Source of the DNA: Candidatus Niyogibacteria bacterium CG10_big_fil_rev_8_21_14_0_10_46_36
GTDB lineage: Bacteria > Patescibacteriota > Minisyncoccia > 1-14-0-10-42-19
Direction: 5' to 3'
Assembly: GCA_002772995.1 (NCBI GenBank)
Contig: PFCO01000001.1
Span: 128,244 to 192,243, forward strand
Length of the DNA: 64,000 bases
How positions within the stretch are numbered: the first letter of the stretch is position 1; each line of letters starts with the position of its first letter. The notes under the pieces were generated by a model. It worked only from the letters and a program-made list of their open reading frames with translations. It was not told the DNA's origin and ran no database searches. Below are positions 19,398-27,580 of this stretch, piece by piece. Both the position numbers and the translations under genes were made by a program.

Positions 19398-20197
19398 AGC
19401 ACCGACCTCCCTCTCCCGCCATCCAGACAAATACACTCGCCGGTTATAAAGTCAGCTGCATCGGACGCGAGAAACAGCACGAGACGCGCTACATCTTCAG
19501 GCGAACCCATGCGCGCAAGCGGCACTTTCTTTTTTTCTTGTTCTTCCATAATCGAACGCGCCTCTCCTATCCCGCATGAATGCCGATCCGCAAAGTCCCG
19601 AATATTGCGCTCCCAGGCATCACCTGTGAGCGTTCCGGGACATATTGCATTTACCAGAATGTTTTTATCGGCAAGTGCACGGGAAAGGTATTTGCTTACC
19701 GCAACCATCCCCGCCTTTGCCGCGACATAATGCGGATTATACATGCCTGGTTCTACCGCCGACATGGACGCTATATTGATAATGCGTCCCGTGTGAGACT
19801 GGCAGAGACAGGGTAGGACACCGCGCACCATACGAACCATACTCATACAATTTATTTCGTAGGAACGCGTCCAATCCTCATCCGAAAGTTCAAAAAAATT
19901 CCCGAACGGCGACGGATCACCCACATTATTCACCAGTATGTCTATCCTTTTATGATCTTTCTGTATGTTGCTAAGCGCCTTCTTCGCGCCCTCTGCATCA
20001 GCAAAATCAAACGCATACAAAAACACAGCTGCCGCCCCTTTGAGTAATAATTGCTTTTTTGTATTCTGTAAGCGCACTTCGTTGCGGCCGCAGACGATAA
20101 CATACGCATTTGCTTCTGCGAATGCTTCCGCAATCGCCTTGCCAACCCCTTGTGTTGCGCCCGTGACCAAAACAGTCTGTCCGGTGTATTTCCCCAT
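19394..20197 (-). CDS. Classical SDR oxidoreductase (FabG-like)
   Basis: TGATQGVG, LVNNVG, NIASMS, YVAAK, NAICPG, DGG. Confidence 0.92.
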   Translation of the reverse strand: MGKYTGQTVLVTGATQGVGKAIAEAFAEANAYVIVCGRNEVRLQNTKKQLLLKGAAAVFLYAFDFADAEGAKKALSNIQKDHKRIDILVNNVGDPSPFGNFFELSDEDWTRSYEINCMSMVRMVRGVLPCLCQSHTGRIINIASMSAVEPGMYNPHYVAAKAGMVAVSKYLSRALADKNILVNAICPGTLTGDAWERNIRDFADRHSCGIGEARSIMEEQEKKKVPLARMGSPEDVARLVLFLASDAADFITGECICLDGGRGRSVL

Positions 20198-20282
20198 TAC
20201 AGTTCTCCTTTGTATTTTTAAGGTAAATCACTGCCTATTGTACACAAAAATATGCAAAAAACAACTTTCTTTTGCGGTCAAA

Positions 20283-20352
20283 TAAACGGCTCACACCCCC
20301 GTGTTAGCCGTTTAGCGGAACAAAAAAACTCCATGCTATGGCATGGAGTTTT
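20283..20352 (-). terminator. Two tandem hairpins (terminator plus a second stem-loop)
   Basis: AAAACTCCATGC-TATG-GCATGGAGTTTT (20325-20352) and TAAACGGCT..AGCCGTTTA (20283-20314). Confidence 0.7.
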
Positions 20353-20355
20353 GCA

Positions 20356-21303
20356 TCATACATTAGAGAATATCTCATTCCTTATGAATTGATATCCTTT
20401 GATGAGCTCCGAGATACCTTCCTGTAAGCATATCTCCGGATAGAATCCCGTGTGCTCAATTTTTGCGTTGCTTACAATATAGTTCCGCTTATCCTCGTCT
20501 TCATTGATATCCGATTCCGCCACATACAGATCAGAAACCTGTTTTTTTATCTCTTCGCACAATTCCCGCTTGCTCAGGTTGGCGTTCGATAATCCGACAT
20601 TGTACGGTTCGTCTTTCATATCATCAAAATGCGCAATGGCGTGCAGGAATGCACGCGCTATGTCGCGGACATGGACATAGTTGCGTTTAAAGCCGGCCTC
20701 GAAAAGAACGATATACCGGTCGCGCACCGCACGATACACAAAATCATTTACCAAGAGATCAAGCCGCATGCGCGGAGAAATGCCAAACGCCGTTGCAAAA
20801 CGGAATGTGATTGCATCACCGGATTCAAGTATCAAGCGTTCTGCTTCTACCTTTTGACGTCCATACAATGATACCGGGCGAAGCGGCGTTTCTTCAGTGC
20901 AATGTATGCCTTCTTCTCCTATGCCGTATCCGCTATTCGTTGTGGGAAACAATATACTCTGTCCCCTGCTGCGCAAGCGTAATATTGTTTGTATGGCATC
21001 TACATTGACTGCCTGGGACTCAAGCGGGAGTCTCTCGCATAACGGCGCGCCCACAAGCGCTGCGAGCGGAATTATAATATCCGCATTACGAATGTGCTTT
21101 GCTATAAGCTGTTCGTTACGGACATCGCCATATACGACATGTAATACTTTTTCGTGCATCACATCGAGTAATGATGCTTGCCCATAGAGACATACATCAA
21201 TGACTGTTACTTTATAGCCTTCTTTAAGCAGTGCCGGTACAAGGATGGAGCCGATATATCCTGCCCCGCCCGTTACCAGTACGTGCGTTTTATATGTCGA
21301 CAT
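20356..21303 (-). CDS. NAD-dependent epimerase/dehydratase
   Basis: VTGGAGYIG, PLAALVGAPLC, TTNSGYG, YGRQK, RFATAFGISPRMRLDLLVNDF. Confidence 0.9.
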   Translation of the reverse strand: MSTYKTHVLVTGGAGYIGSILVPALLKEGYKVTVIDVCLYGQASLLDVMHEKVLHVVYGDVRNEQLIAKHIRNADIIIPLAALVGAPLCERLPLESQAVNVDAIQTILRLRSRGQSILFPTTNSGYGIGEEGIHCTEETPLRPVSLYGRQKVEAERLILESGDAITFRFATAFGISPRMRLDLLVNDFVYRAVRDRYIVLFEAGFKRNYVHVRDIARAFLHAIAHFDDMKDEPYNVGLSNANLSKRELCEEIKKQVSDLYVAESDINEDEDKRNYIVSNAKIEHTGFYPEICLQEGISELIKGYQFIRNEIFSNV

Positions 21304-22468
21304 TGTTTACCACCTCGCATATACATTTGATATCGTTTTCGGTGAGCGACTCATTATTCGGCAAAAAGAAGCCGCGATTATACAGCCAATCAGAGACCGG
21401 GTGGCGAAACTCGCCGTAACGCTCAGTCCAGAACGGATGGCGTCCGAGGTTTCCCGCAGAAAATACGCGCGATTCAATGCCATGTCTCGTAAGCGCTTCA
21501 AGTATCCGCCTGCGATGCTCTCTGCTTTGAGCGACCGCGCAGAAATGAATACTGCAAGGTTCTTTTTCTTCTCCCCATGTCTGGCGTGACACAGTTTTAA
21601 GAGAACGAGCATACAGAACATGGTTACGATTACGAATAGCAAATATGTCTTTTGCCTTTTGTATCTGCCTGCGCCCCAGAAATGCCTGGATGTCTGTCGC
21701 GCGCACGTTGAAACCGGGCACAACAAACAAAAACGGGTCATAAAACGAATCTGGTCCGTATTTGGCAAACAACGCGAGCTGATCCTTCCGCATCAGGTCT
21801 TTCTGCCATCCGTGGCTCCGGAGCATCATCAACATATCGTGCAGCTCTTTGTTTTGCGTGCATATCATGCCGCCTTCTATAGTGGAAAGCTGATGGCCGA
21901 AATAAAACGAAAAGGAAGACATGCTTCCGCTTGAACCGACTGGCTCGCCGCGATATGTCGCGCCATACGACGCGCACGCGTCTTCCAATACGAGACAAAA
22001 TCCGTAGGCATCCTGCAACGCGCGGATAATATCCATATCGGCAGGAACACCGAGCGTATGCACAAGCACGACATAAAACGGACTATGCCGTTTTAGCGTA
22101 TCTTCCAGCTGATTATAATCGTACCCGAAATCTTCTTTGTTCGTGCCGCACATAAGCGACTGGAACCCTGCTTGCATAAATGGAGCTATGCTCGTCGGCC
22201 AACCGGTTGCGGGGACAATGACTTTTTTATTGCGTGTTCCTGCGTCTCCGGCAAGATACGCTTCGGCATACGCGGCAAGCAAATTTGCCGACGAGCCGGA
22301 ATTCACAAAAACCGCAAACCTGCTTCCCATGTGCCCTGCCCATTCGCGTTCAAACGCTTCTGTTTCTTCTCCTTTTGTAAGGCGAGGATACGTTCCGAGC
22401 CATTCCCGCAACGCATCTATGTCTTCAGTATTAATAACCTGTTCTGCTAACGGGTAGCGTGTTTTCAA
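21290..22468 (-). CDS. DegT/DnrJ PLP enzyme, His-type (ColD/RfbH-like NDP-4-keto-6-deoxyhexose 3-dehydratase)
   Basis: FVNSGSSANLL, LEDACAS, SFSFYFGHQLSTIEGGM with His at the Schiff-base Lys position; TTG start with SD AAGGAG. Confidence 0.85.
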   Translation of the reverse strand: MKTRYPLAEQVINTEDIDALREWLGTYPRLTKGEETEAFEREWAGHMGSRFAVFVNSGSSANLLAAYAEAYLAGDAGTRNKKVIVPATGWPTSIAPFMQAGFQSLMCGTNKEDFGYDYNQLEDTLKRHSPFYVVLVHTLGVPADMDIIRALQDAYGFCLVLEDACASYGATYRGEPVGSSGSMSSFSFYFGHQLSTIEGGMICTQNKELHDMLMMLRSHGWQKDLMRKDQLALFAKYGPDSFYDPFLFVVPGFNVRATDIQAFLGRRQIQKAKDIFAIRNRNHVLYARSLKTVSRQTWGEEKEPCSIHFCAVAQSREHRRRILEALTRHGIESRVFSAGNLGRHPFWTERYGEFRHPVSDWLYNRGFFLPNNESLTENDIKCICEVVNNVDI

Positions 22469-22507
22469 TGTTCGTCTCCTTACTGCCTATATCCACTCTG
22501 TTATAAC

Positions 22508-22538
22508 AAAAAAATCCGCCGCGTCAAAGCGCAGCGGA
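22508..22538 (-). terminator. Intrinsic terminator overlapping the next promoter
   Basis: TCCGCTGCG-CTTTGA-CGCGGCGGA-T7; the loop begins a TTGACG, followed 16 nt later by TATAAC. Confidence 0.7.
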
Positions 22539-22545
22539 CCATTGT

Positions 22546-23505
22546 TTACTGTTTTTTTACCCATTCTCGTGCGTGGAAGAGCATATATTCGGCGGTTTCG
22601 GCAAGCATATAGCGGGGCTGCCAGCCGGTCAGTTTTTTAAAACGCGTTGTATCGGGAATTTGCAATGTCACATCAACCGGACGCAGTAAGTCAGAATCAA
22701 GGCGTGTTGGTATAGCACAAGAAGCATATGATATCAGAAGCTTCAAAAAATCACCCACCGGCAAGGAAGCATCTCCCCCAATATTATATACTTCTCCAGA
22801 ATGCCCCTTTGTCGTTGCAAGCCAATACGCCTCCATTGCGTCGCGCGGATCAAGAATAGTTCGTATGGAATCAAGATTTCCGTGGACTAATTCCCTCTTC
22901 TTGCCCTGCTCAATGAGTGCAATTTGCCGCGCAAACGATGTTGCAAATAAATCGCCTCTGCGCGGACTCATGTATGAAAACATCCGGCTGCGTATTATCT
23001 TCATTCCATCTACGCGCCAGTACAATTCTGCCAAAAAATCCTGCGTTATCTTTGACACTGCATAGGGACTTGCCGGGCGAAACGGACAAGACTCTTTTAT
23101 CGGTATGTCTGCTTGCGTAACACATCCATAGACTTCGGATGTACTAATATGGTGCGCGATTGTTTCCGGACAATGCTGCCGCAGCGCCTCAAACAAATTC
23201 GCTGTGCCCATGATATTGTTCTCAAGCACCGCAAGACGATTACTAAATGATGCCTTCACATCTGCATACGAGGCAAAATGAATAACAGCATCAGGTGTTA
23301 CGCCTTGGATCACGGAGGTAATTGCTCCAAAATCAAGCAGGTCGCATTCGTGCGTGGTAACGCCCTGAATGTCTCTTATTTCTGCCCCACTTCTCCATCG
23401 CGCAAGCCCGTGTACATCAATGCCCGGATGGTTTTCCAACACATATTCGGCAAAAGAGCCGCCTCCGGCTCCCCGAATGCCCGTTATTAGAATTGTTTTA
23501 AGCAA
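22546..23505 (-). CDS. gmd: GDP-mannose 4,6-dehydratase-like protein
   Basis: ITGIRG, ISTSEVYG (T/E catalytic pair), PASPYAVSK, GNLDSIR, LLRPVDV, TGWQP. Confidence 0.8.
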   Translation of the reverse strand: MLKTILITGIRGAGGGSFAEYVLENHPGIDVHGLARWRSGAEIRDIQGVTTHECDLLDFGAITSVIQGVTPDAVIHFASYADVKASFSNRLAVLENNIMGTANLFEALRQHCPETIAHHISTSEVYGCVTQADIPIKESCPFRPASPYAVSKITQDFLAELYWRVDGMKIIRSRMFSYMSPRRGDLFATSFARQIALIEQGKKRELVHGNLDSIRTILDPRDAMEAYWLATTKGHSGEVYNIGGDASLPVGDFLKLLISYASCAIPTRLDSDLLRPVDVTLQIPDTTRFKKLTGWQPRYMLAETAEYMLFHAREWVKKQ

Positions 23506-24379
23506 CTATATTCTCCTTTCCCCCGAAGCCGCATGCTTTTGCGACGCGGTATCGTATATGCTTGTATTTGATTTTTAAAGGGTGTTCAAATGTCCTAAAC
23601 ATTTTATTCCGCAAACGAAAAAGTTTCAAGTCGCGCGTAAACGAAGGCCCATATTCTCTAATAGATTCATCAAGCAATGCATTCGCGTATGCATATAATT
23701 CCGCGTCCTGCGTGTTGTTCTTTTGTATTATCTGCATAACATCAATCGCGGTAGTCTCCCGCCGGGGGCGCTCTTTGGTAACATTGGCCAAAATATAACG
23801 AACATCATCCCAGCCGAACTTCTTTTTGCATACCAATAAAGATTCGTCAAAGCGGTCAACCACACCAACAAACGCGAAATGATCATGGATATTCTTTTTT
23901 GCTCGAGCCAAGGCGTCACCGGGCATGGGCAAAGTATCCCACCGGGTAATACCGCTTGCGACTTGACCCGCGAGAACACGCGTCTGGAAATTTGAGACAG
24001 ATACGCCCCCCTCCGCCACATATTGTCGAAGAGGCGTTGTTGCCATCTTTGTATGCGCGTAATGGCCGGAGCGAGCGCTCCCCCGCGCGTAATAATATTC
24101 GGAAAGAATACGATCGGCAGGATTACGTATAAAGGCTATGTATCCAAACGGCTGCGAAAAGTACTCATGAACGCCAAAAGGCATGTGCCCGCTTACACAC
24201 TGGATGCGCTGACGATGTTCTTCCGGCAATCCGGCAAGCGCCCGTATGTCTTTTTCTGTCCCGCCGTATGTCAAAAAAACTGCATCCTTAGGAAATTGCC
24301 GCGCAATAATGGCACGGAATGTCATCCCGCCCACTTTTGCGATATGAAGAAAGATGAGGTTTTGCATACCCCATATCAT
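23498..24379 (-). CDS. Sulfotransferase family 2 protein, paralog 1
   Basis: IFLHIAKVGGMTF (5'-PSB-like), SGHMPFG, IRNPADRILSEY, FVGVVDRFDESL, NTQDAELY. Confidence 0.85.
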   Translation of the reverse strand: MIWGMQNLIFLHIAKVGGMTFRAIIARQFPKDAVFLTYGGTEKDIRALAGLPEEHRQRIQCVSGHMPFGVHEYFSQPFGYIAFIRNPADRILSEYYYARGSARSGHYAHTKMATTPLRQYVAEGGVSVSNFQTRVLAGQVASGITRWDTLPMPGDALARAKKNIHDHFAFVGVVDRFDESLLVCKKKFGWDDVRYILANVTKERPRRETTAIDVMQIIQKNNTQDAELYAYANALLDESIREYGPSFTRDLKLFRLRNKMFRTFEHPLKIKYKHIRYRVAKACGFGGKENIVA

Positions 24380-24539
24380 ATAAACACATGCTTTTCTTTA
24401 CAAGAAAAATGCGCATTAGGGAGTTTATTTATAAAAATCATTTTCTGTTGCATAGTATGAAATCCGCTTTTAAGAAAAAAAAATATTGCTATATATTTTA
24501 AAAAAGGTCGAGCATTATCATTAGAAAAAATTAAACAAC

Positions 24540-25781
24540 ATGAACAGAATAAAATCAAATGCGCTAAGCGCAAAATTCATAGCGGGTTTTTTAGTTGTGG
24601 CGCTCGGTATCTCGCTCATCCTCTTCTATGACTTTGTAGATGCGGCAAACAGTCACTCTGTTGACCTGAAAGCAAGCTCTAGCCAGTACCTGTCAATTAC
24701 AGATGGCAGTCAAACGGGATTAGATTTATCAGGAGATTTAACTTTTGAAGCATGGGTTAAATTTGAAACCATTCCTTCCGGTGACGGAACGCGATATGAA
24801 ATCCTTGGCAAATGGAACAGTGTGCCCAATCTTTCTTATCATTGGAGTTTTATTGTGAATGGATCAACGCTGATGCAAGAATTCGAGGTTTCGGACGATG
24901 GAACAAACTTTGACACATACCAAGTCGCTGCTGGTTCTTTAAATACTGGCCAATGGTATCATGTCGCTATGACATGGGATGCCTCCGCGGCGAGTGCAGA
25001 GTTCTTTCATAACGGTACAAGCATAGGAACTGATGCTGCTTCAAAGACATCAATCTATAATAGCAATTCAACATTTAGAATCGGATCGCATCAAGGAACA
25101 AATAGTTATTTTGATGGCTTGATAGATGACGTGCGGGTATGGAGCGATATTAGAATCAACAGCGAAATATCAAACAACTACCAATCAGAGCTCGTAGGAA
25201 ACGAAACAAATCTTGTATCTTATTGGAAACTCAATAATGACTATACCGATCAAACGACGAATGGGAACACCTTAACGGCAAATAATAGCCCCGTATTCTC
25301 AACGGATATTCCTGGACTATCTAACCCCCCAACACAGGATTTGCAGGTATTCAAATCAACAACCGAAACAATTACAAACGATACAACGCTGTCAAACGAT
25401 AGCGAGCTTCAATTGATTGACCTGGAAGCAGGAAAAACATATATTGTAAGCGGGGCAATATTCGCAAGCACCACTGCTGCCGCCCCAGATCTAAAAATAG
25501 CATTTAACATTCCTGCAGGGGCCGTAGCCGATATAGGATTTGTATCCACAAGCGGGAGTTTGAGCAATTCGGATATACTTCAAGGAACAGGATCTGCAGA
25601 CATCACGAGCGATCGAATAGCATTAGCTAAGGACACTGATTCGATGATCGCCATTAACGGGACCATCCAGATGGGCTCTGTAGACGGAGATGTCATTTTT
25701 AAATGGGCGCAAGCACAATCAAACGCAGCGGCACTTTCTGTTATCCAGGGAAGTTACCTTTTAGCAAATGAGATAGATTAA
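24540..25781 (+). CDS. Secreted/anchored LamG (concanavalin A-like) protein with a C-terminal beta-sandwich; putative adhesin
   Basis: N-terminal hydrophobic segment; LTFEAWVKF, QWYHVAMTWD, FRIGS, YFDGLIDDVRVWS, LVSYWKL. Confidence 0.85.
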   Translation: MNRIKSNALSAKFIAGFLVVALGISLILFYDFVDAANSHSVDLKASSSQYLSITDGSQTGLDLSGDLTFEAWVKFETIPSGDGTRYEILGKWNSVPNLSYHWSFIVNGSTLMQEFEVSDDGTNFDTYQVAAGSLNTGQWYHVAMTWDASAASAEFFHNGTSIGTDAASKTSIYNSNSTFRIGSHQGTNSYFDGLIDDVRVWSDIRINSEISNNYQSELVGNETNLVSYWKLNNDYTDQTTNGNTLTANNSPVFSTDIPGLSNPPTQDLQVFKSTTETITNDTTLSNDSELQLIDLEAGKTYIVSGAIFASTTAAAPDLKIAFNIPAGAVADIGFVSTSGSLSNSDILQGTGSADITSDRIALAKDTDSMIAINGTIQMGSVDGDVIFKWAQAQSNAAALSVIQGSYLLANEID

Positions 25782-25795
25782 TATAACTGCAATCC

Positions 25796-25835
25796 AACCA
25801 AAAAGACCCCGTGCGCGGGGTCTTTTTGGTTTTTT
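25796..25835. terminator. Bidirectional intrinsic terminator
   Basis: AACCAAAAAGACCCCG-TGCG-CGGGGTCTTTTTGGTT perfect 16-bp inverted repeat between convergent genes. Confidence 0.9.
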
Positions 25836-25852
25836 GAATATAATATTCTGTT

Positions 25853-26749
25853 CTAAAAATTCTCAATATCCTTCTTTAAAGACTCATAAAGGATATTATC
25901 AACATTGTCCTTCAACAAAAACAAGGCGAAACTAAAATATCCGTATAACATCATCAAAGACCCAAGGCGAATCTTCTGCAAAGAAGAAAGTTCGGAGCCA
26001 TCGTTATTTTTATCACGCACATACAAGCAATCCGCCCACATAATTTCTTTTTTTGATTTTTTAAAAGCAAACCCGCCTCTCCCCCTTCGTTTTGGTTCTA
26101 TTTCAATAAGACGAAATCCTTTTTCTGTAAGAAACGCATGAACATCAGAAAAAAGCGATTGATTTTTATATAAAGAAACAAATTCCGATTCAATAGCAAT
26201 TACAACAACGGAATGCAGCATTTCTTTTCCTGATTTTAAAATATCAAGCTCTGTTCCCTGCGTATCAATTTTTAAAAATGCGACATCCTTGCAATCATAA
26301 CGAGACGCAGCGTTATCAAGAGAAATAATTCTTACCTTTTCTTCCCCCACAATATCAAATTTAGAATGCGCAACATTAAAGAGAGAGAGGGAGTCTCTAT
26401 CAGACTCAAGGAGCGAAGAAAGCCCGGGCTGGCGCGTAATATAAAGTGTTGCCTCCCCCTCTTTTGAAAAAATTGCCTCGGGAATAACTATTGCTTTCCT
26501 CCACCCCTCTTTTTTAAGAATTTTTTTTAAATCTTCTCGTGCGACAGAATCCGGCTCGGAAATAGACAAATCCATACATGATTCAAATCCGTGGAATAAT
26601 TTTGATGCACCCCCCCTGCCTCCTATATCCATTATTTTTAAATTAGCTTTCTTAAATAACCCAATAATGCTTGGTGAATATTTAAGTCGTGCTATCGCAT
26701 CACGTCCTGTAATTTTTTTTCTTATTTTTTTATAAATATGATACAACAT
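25853..26749 (-). CDS. FkbM-family methyltransferase
   Basis: MDIGGRGG, PGLSSLL, LKIDTQGTELDIL, ESEFVSLYKNQSLF, WADCLY. Confidence 0.9.
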   Translation of the reverse strand: MLYHIYKKIRKKITGRDAIARLKYSPSIIGLFKKANLKIMDIGGRGGASKLFHGFESCMDLSISEPDSVAREDLKKILKKEGWRKAIVIPEAIFSKEGEATLYITRQPGLSSLLESDRDSLSLFNVAHSKFDIVGEEKVRIISLDNAASRYDCKDVAFLKIDTQGTELDILKSGKEMLHSVVVIAIESEFVSLYKNQSLFSDVHAFLTEKGFRLIEIEPKRRGRGGFAFKKSKKEIMWADCLYVRDKNNDGSELSSLQKIRLGSLMMLYGYFSFALFLLKDNVDNILYESLKKDIENF

Positions 26750-26759
26750 TTCTATAACA

Positions 26760-27537
26760 TCAAAACAATAATATACACTGATTCGTAAGAAGAAAAAACT
26801 TCCTTACATGTTTATTTCCATCAACATATTCATCAATCGCCTGCTTTACACCGGGGCATGTGTTTGATAATGCGTCATCTACAATAATGACCCCCCCCCT
26901 CCGTCGCTAATCGCTTTCCAAAAAATCCCAAAGAGTATTTTGTGGGTCCGTATAAATCGGTATCAATATGCACAACATTAAACTTTTTATCTGCCGTGGT
27001 GTGGCTCACATCCTCTATTCTTCCTTTTATTGCTGTTATAGGCAACCCTGAAAGATATTTTTTAACATCTTCGTGCGACGCGTGATTGAATTTGCCCGCG
27101 CTGTGCGTATTGCTGTCTATGGGTGCGATGTCTTTTGCAGAATGGCCCTCAAATGTGTCTATGCTATACATTTCTGCATCCTCAGAAAAAAACAAGGCTG
27201 CTTTCGTCATAAATTTACTTGTTCCACCCCTATATACCCCCACTTCTGCCATACAAAATTTGCCGGCAGAATTTTTTACGGCATTTTCAATCGCCTGATA
27301 TATCGTATATAGCCTATCATGGCCTAACAAGGTTCTTCCTTCACGAGAAACTTCTTCCGCTAAGCGCCCGAATGGCTCAGATTCCCGAATGTCCATCAAG
27401 CGCCAAGTATCCGCGCCAAAAATCCCGGGAATATAATTATATCCTTTTTTCTTAGAAAACAACTCATACCCAAGTAAACGAACTGTTCGTTTTATTTCGT
27501 ATCCTATTCGTCTTTTTATTTTTTTAATTATTCTCAT
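26760..27537 (-). pseudogene. TylF/MycF-family O-methyltransferase, frameshifted at a G9 tract (possible phase-variable OFF allele)
   Basis: RLYTI, EVGVYRGG, DTFEGH, KGRIED, VHIDTDLY. G9 gives EGGGHYCR* (stop 26875). G8 gives EGGVIIVDDALSNTCPGVKQAIDEY...ILLF* ending at 26760, 10 bp before the next ATG. Confidence 0.88.
26891..26899 (-). repeat. G9 homopolymer tract
   Basis: ccccccccc at 26891-26899 on the plus strand; the longest G/C run I found in the window. Confidence 0.95.
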
Positions 27538-27580
27538 TGTCGGAAACAATAAAAGATTGATAGTTAGAGATTAGGATATA

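Noticed and set aside
24475-24510. A9 tract and an AAAGGTCG word upstream of the LamG gene
   Set aside because: A-runs are common in this sequence and I saw the word only once in an intergenic region here, so no claim can be supported
24376-24573. 65-aa minus-strand ORF
   Set aside because: Spans an AT-rich divergent promoter region, overlaps the LamG start and has low-complexity composition
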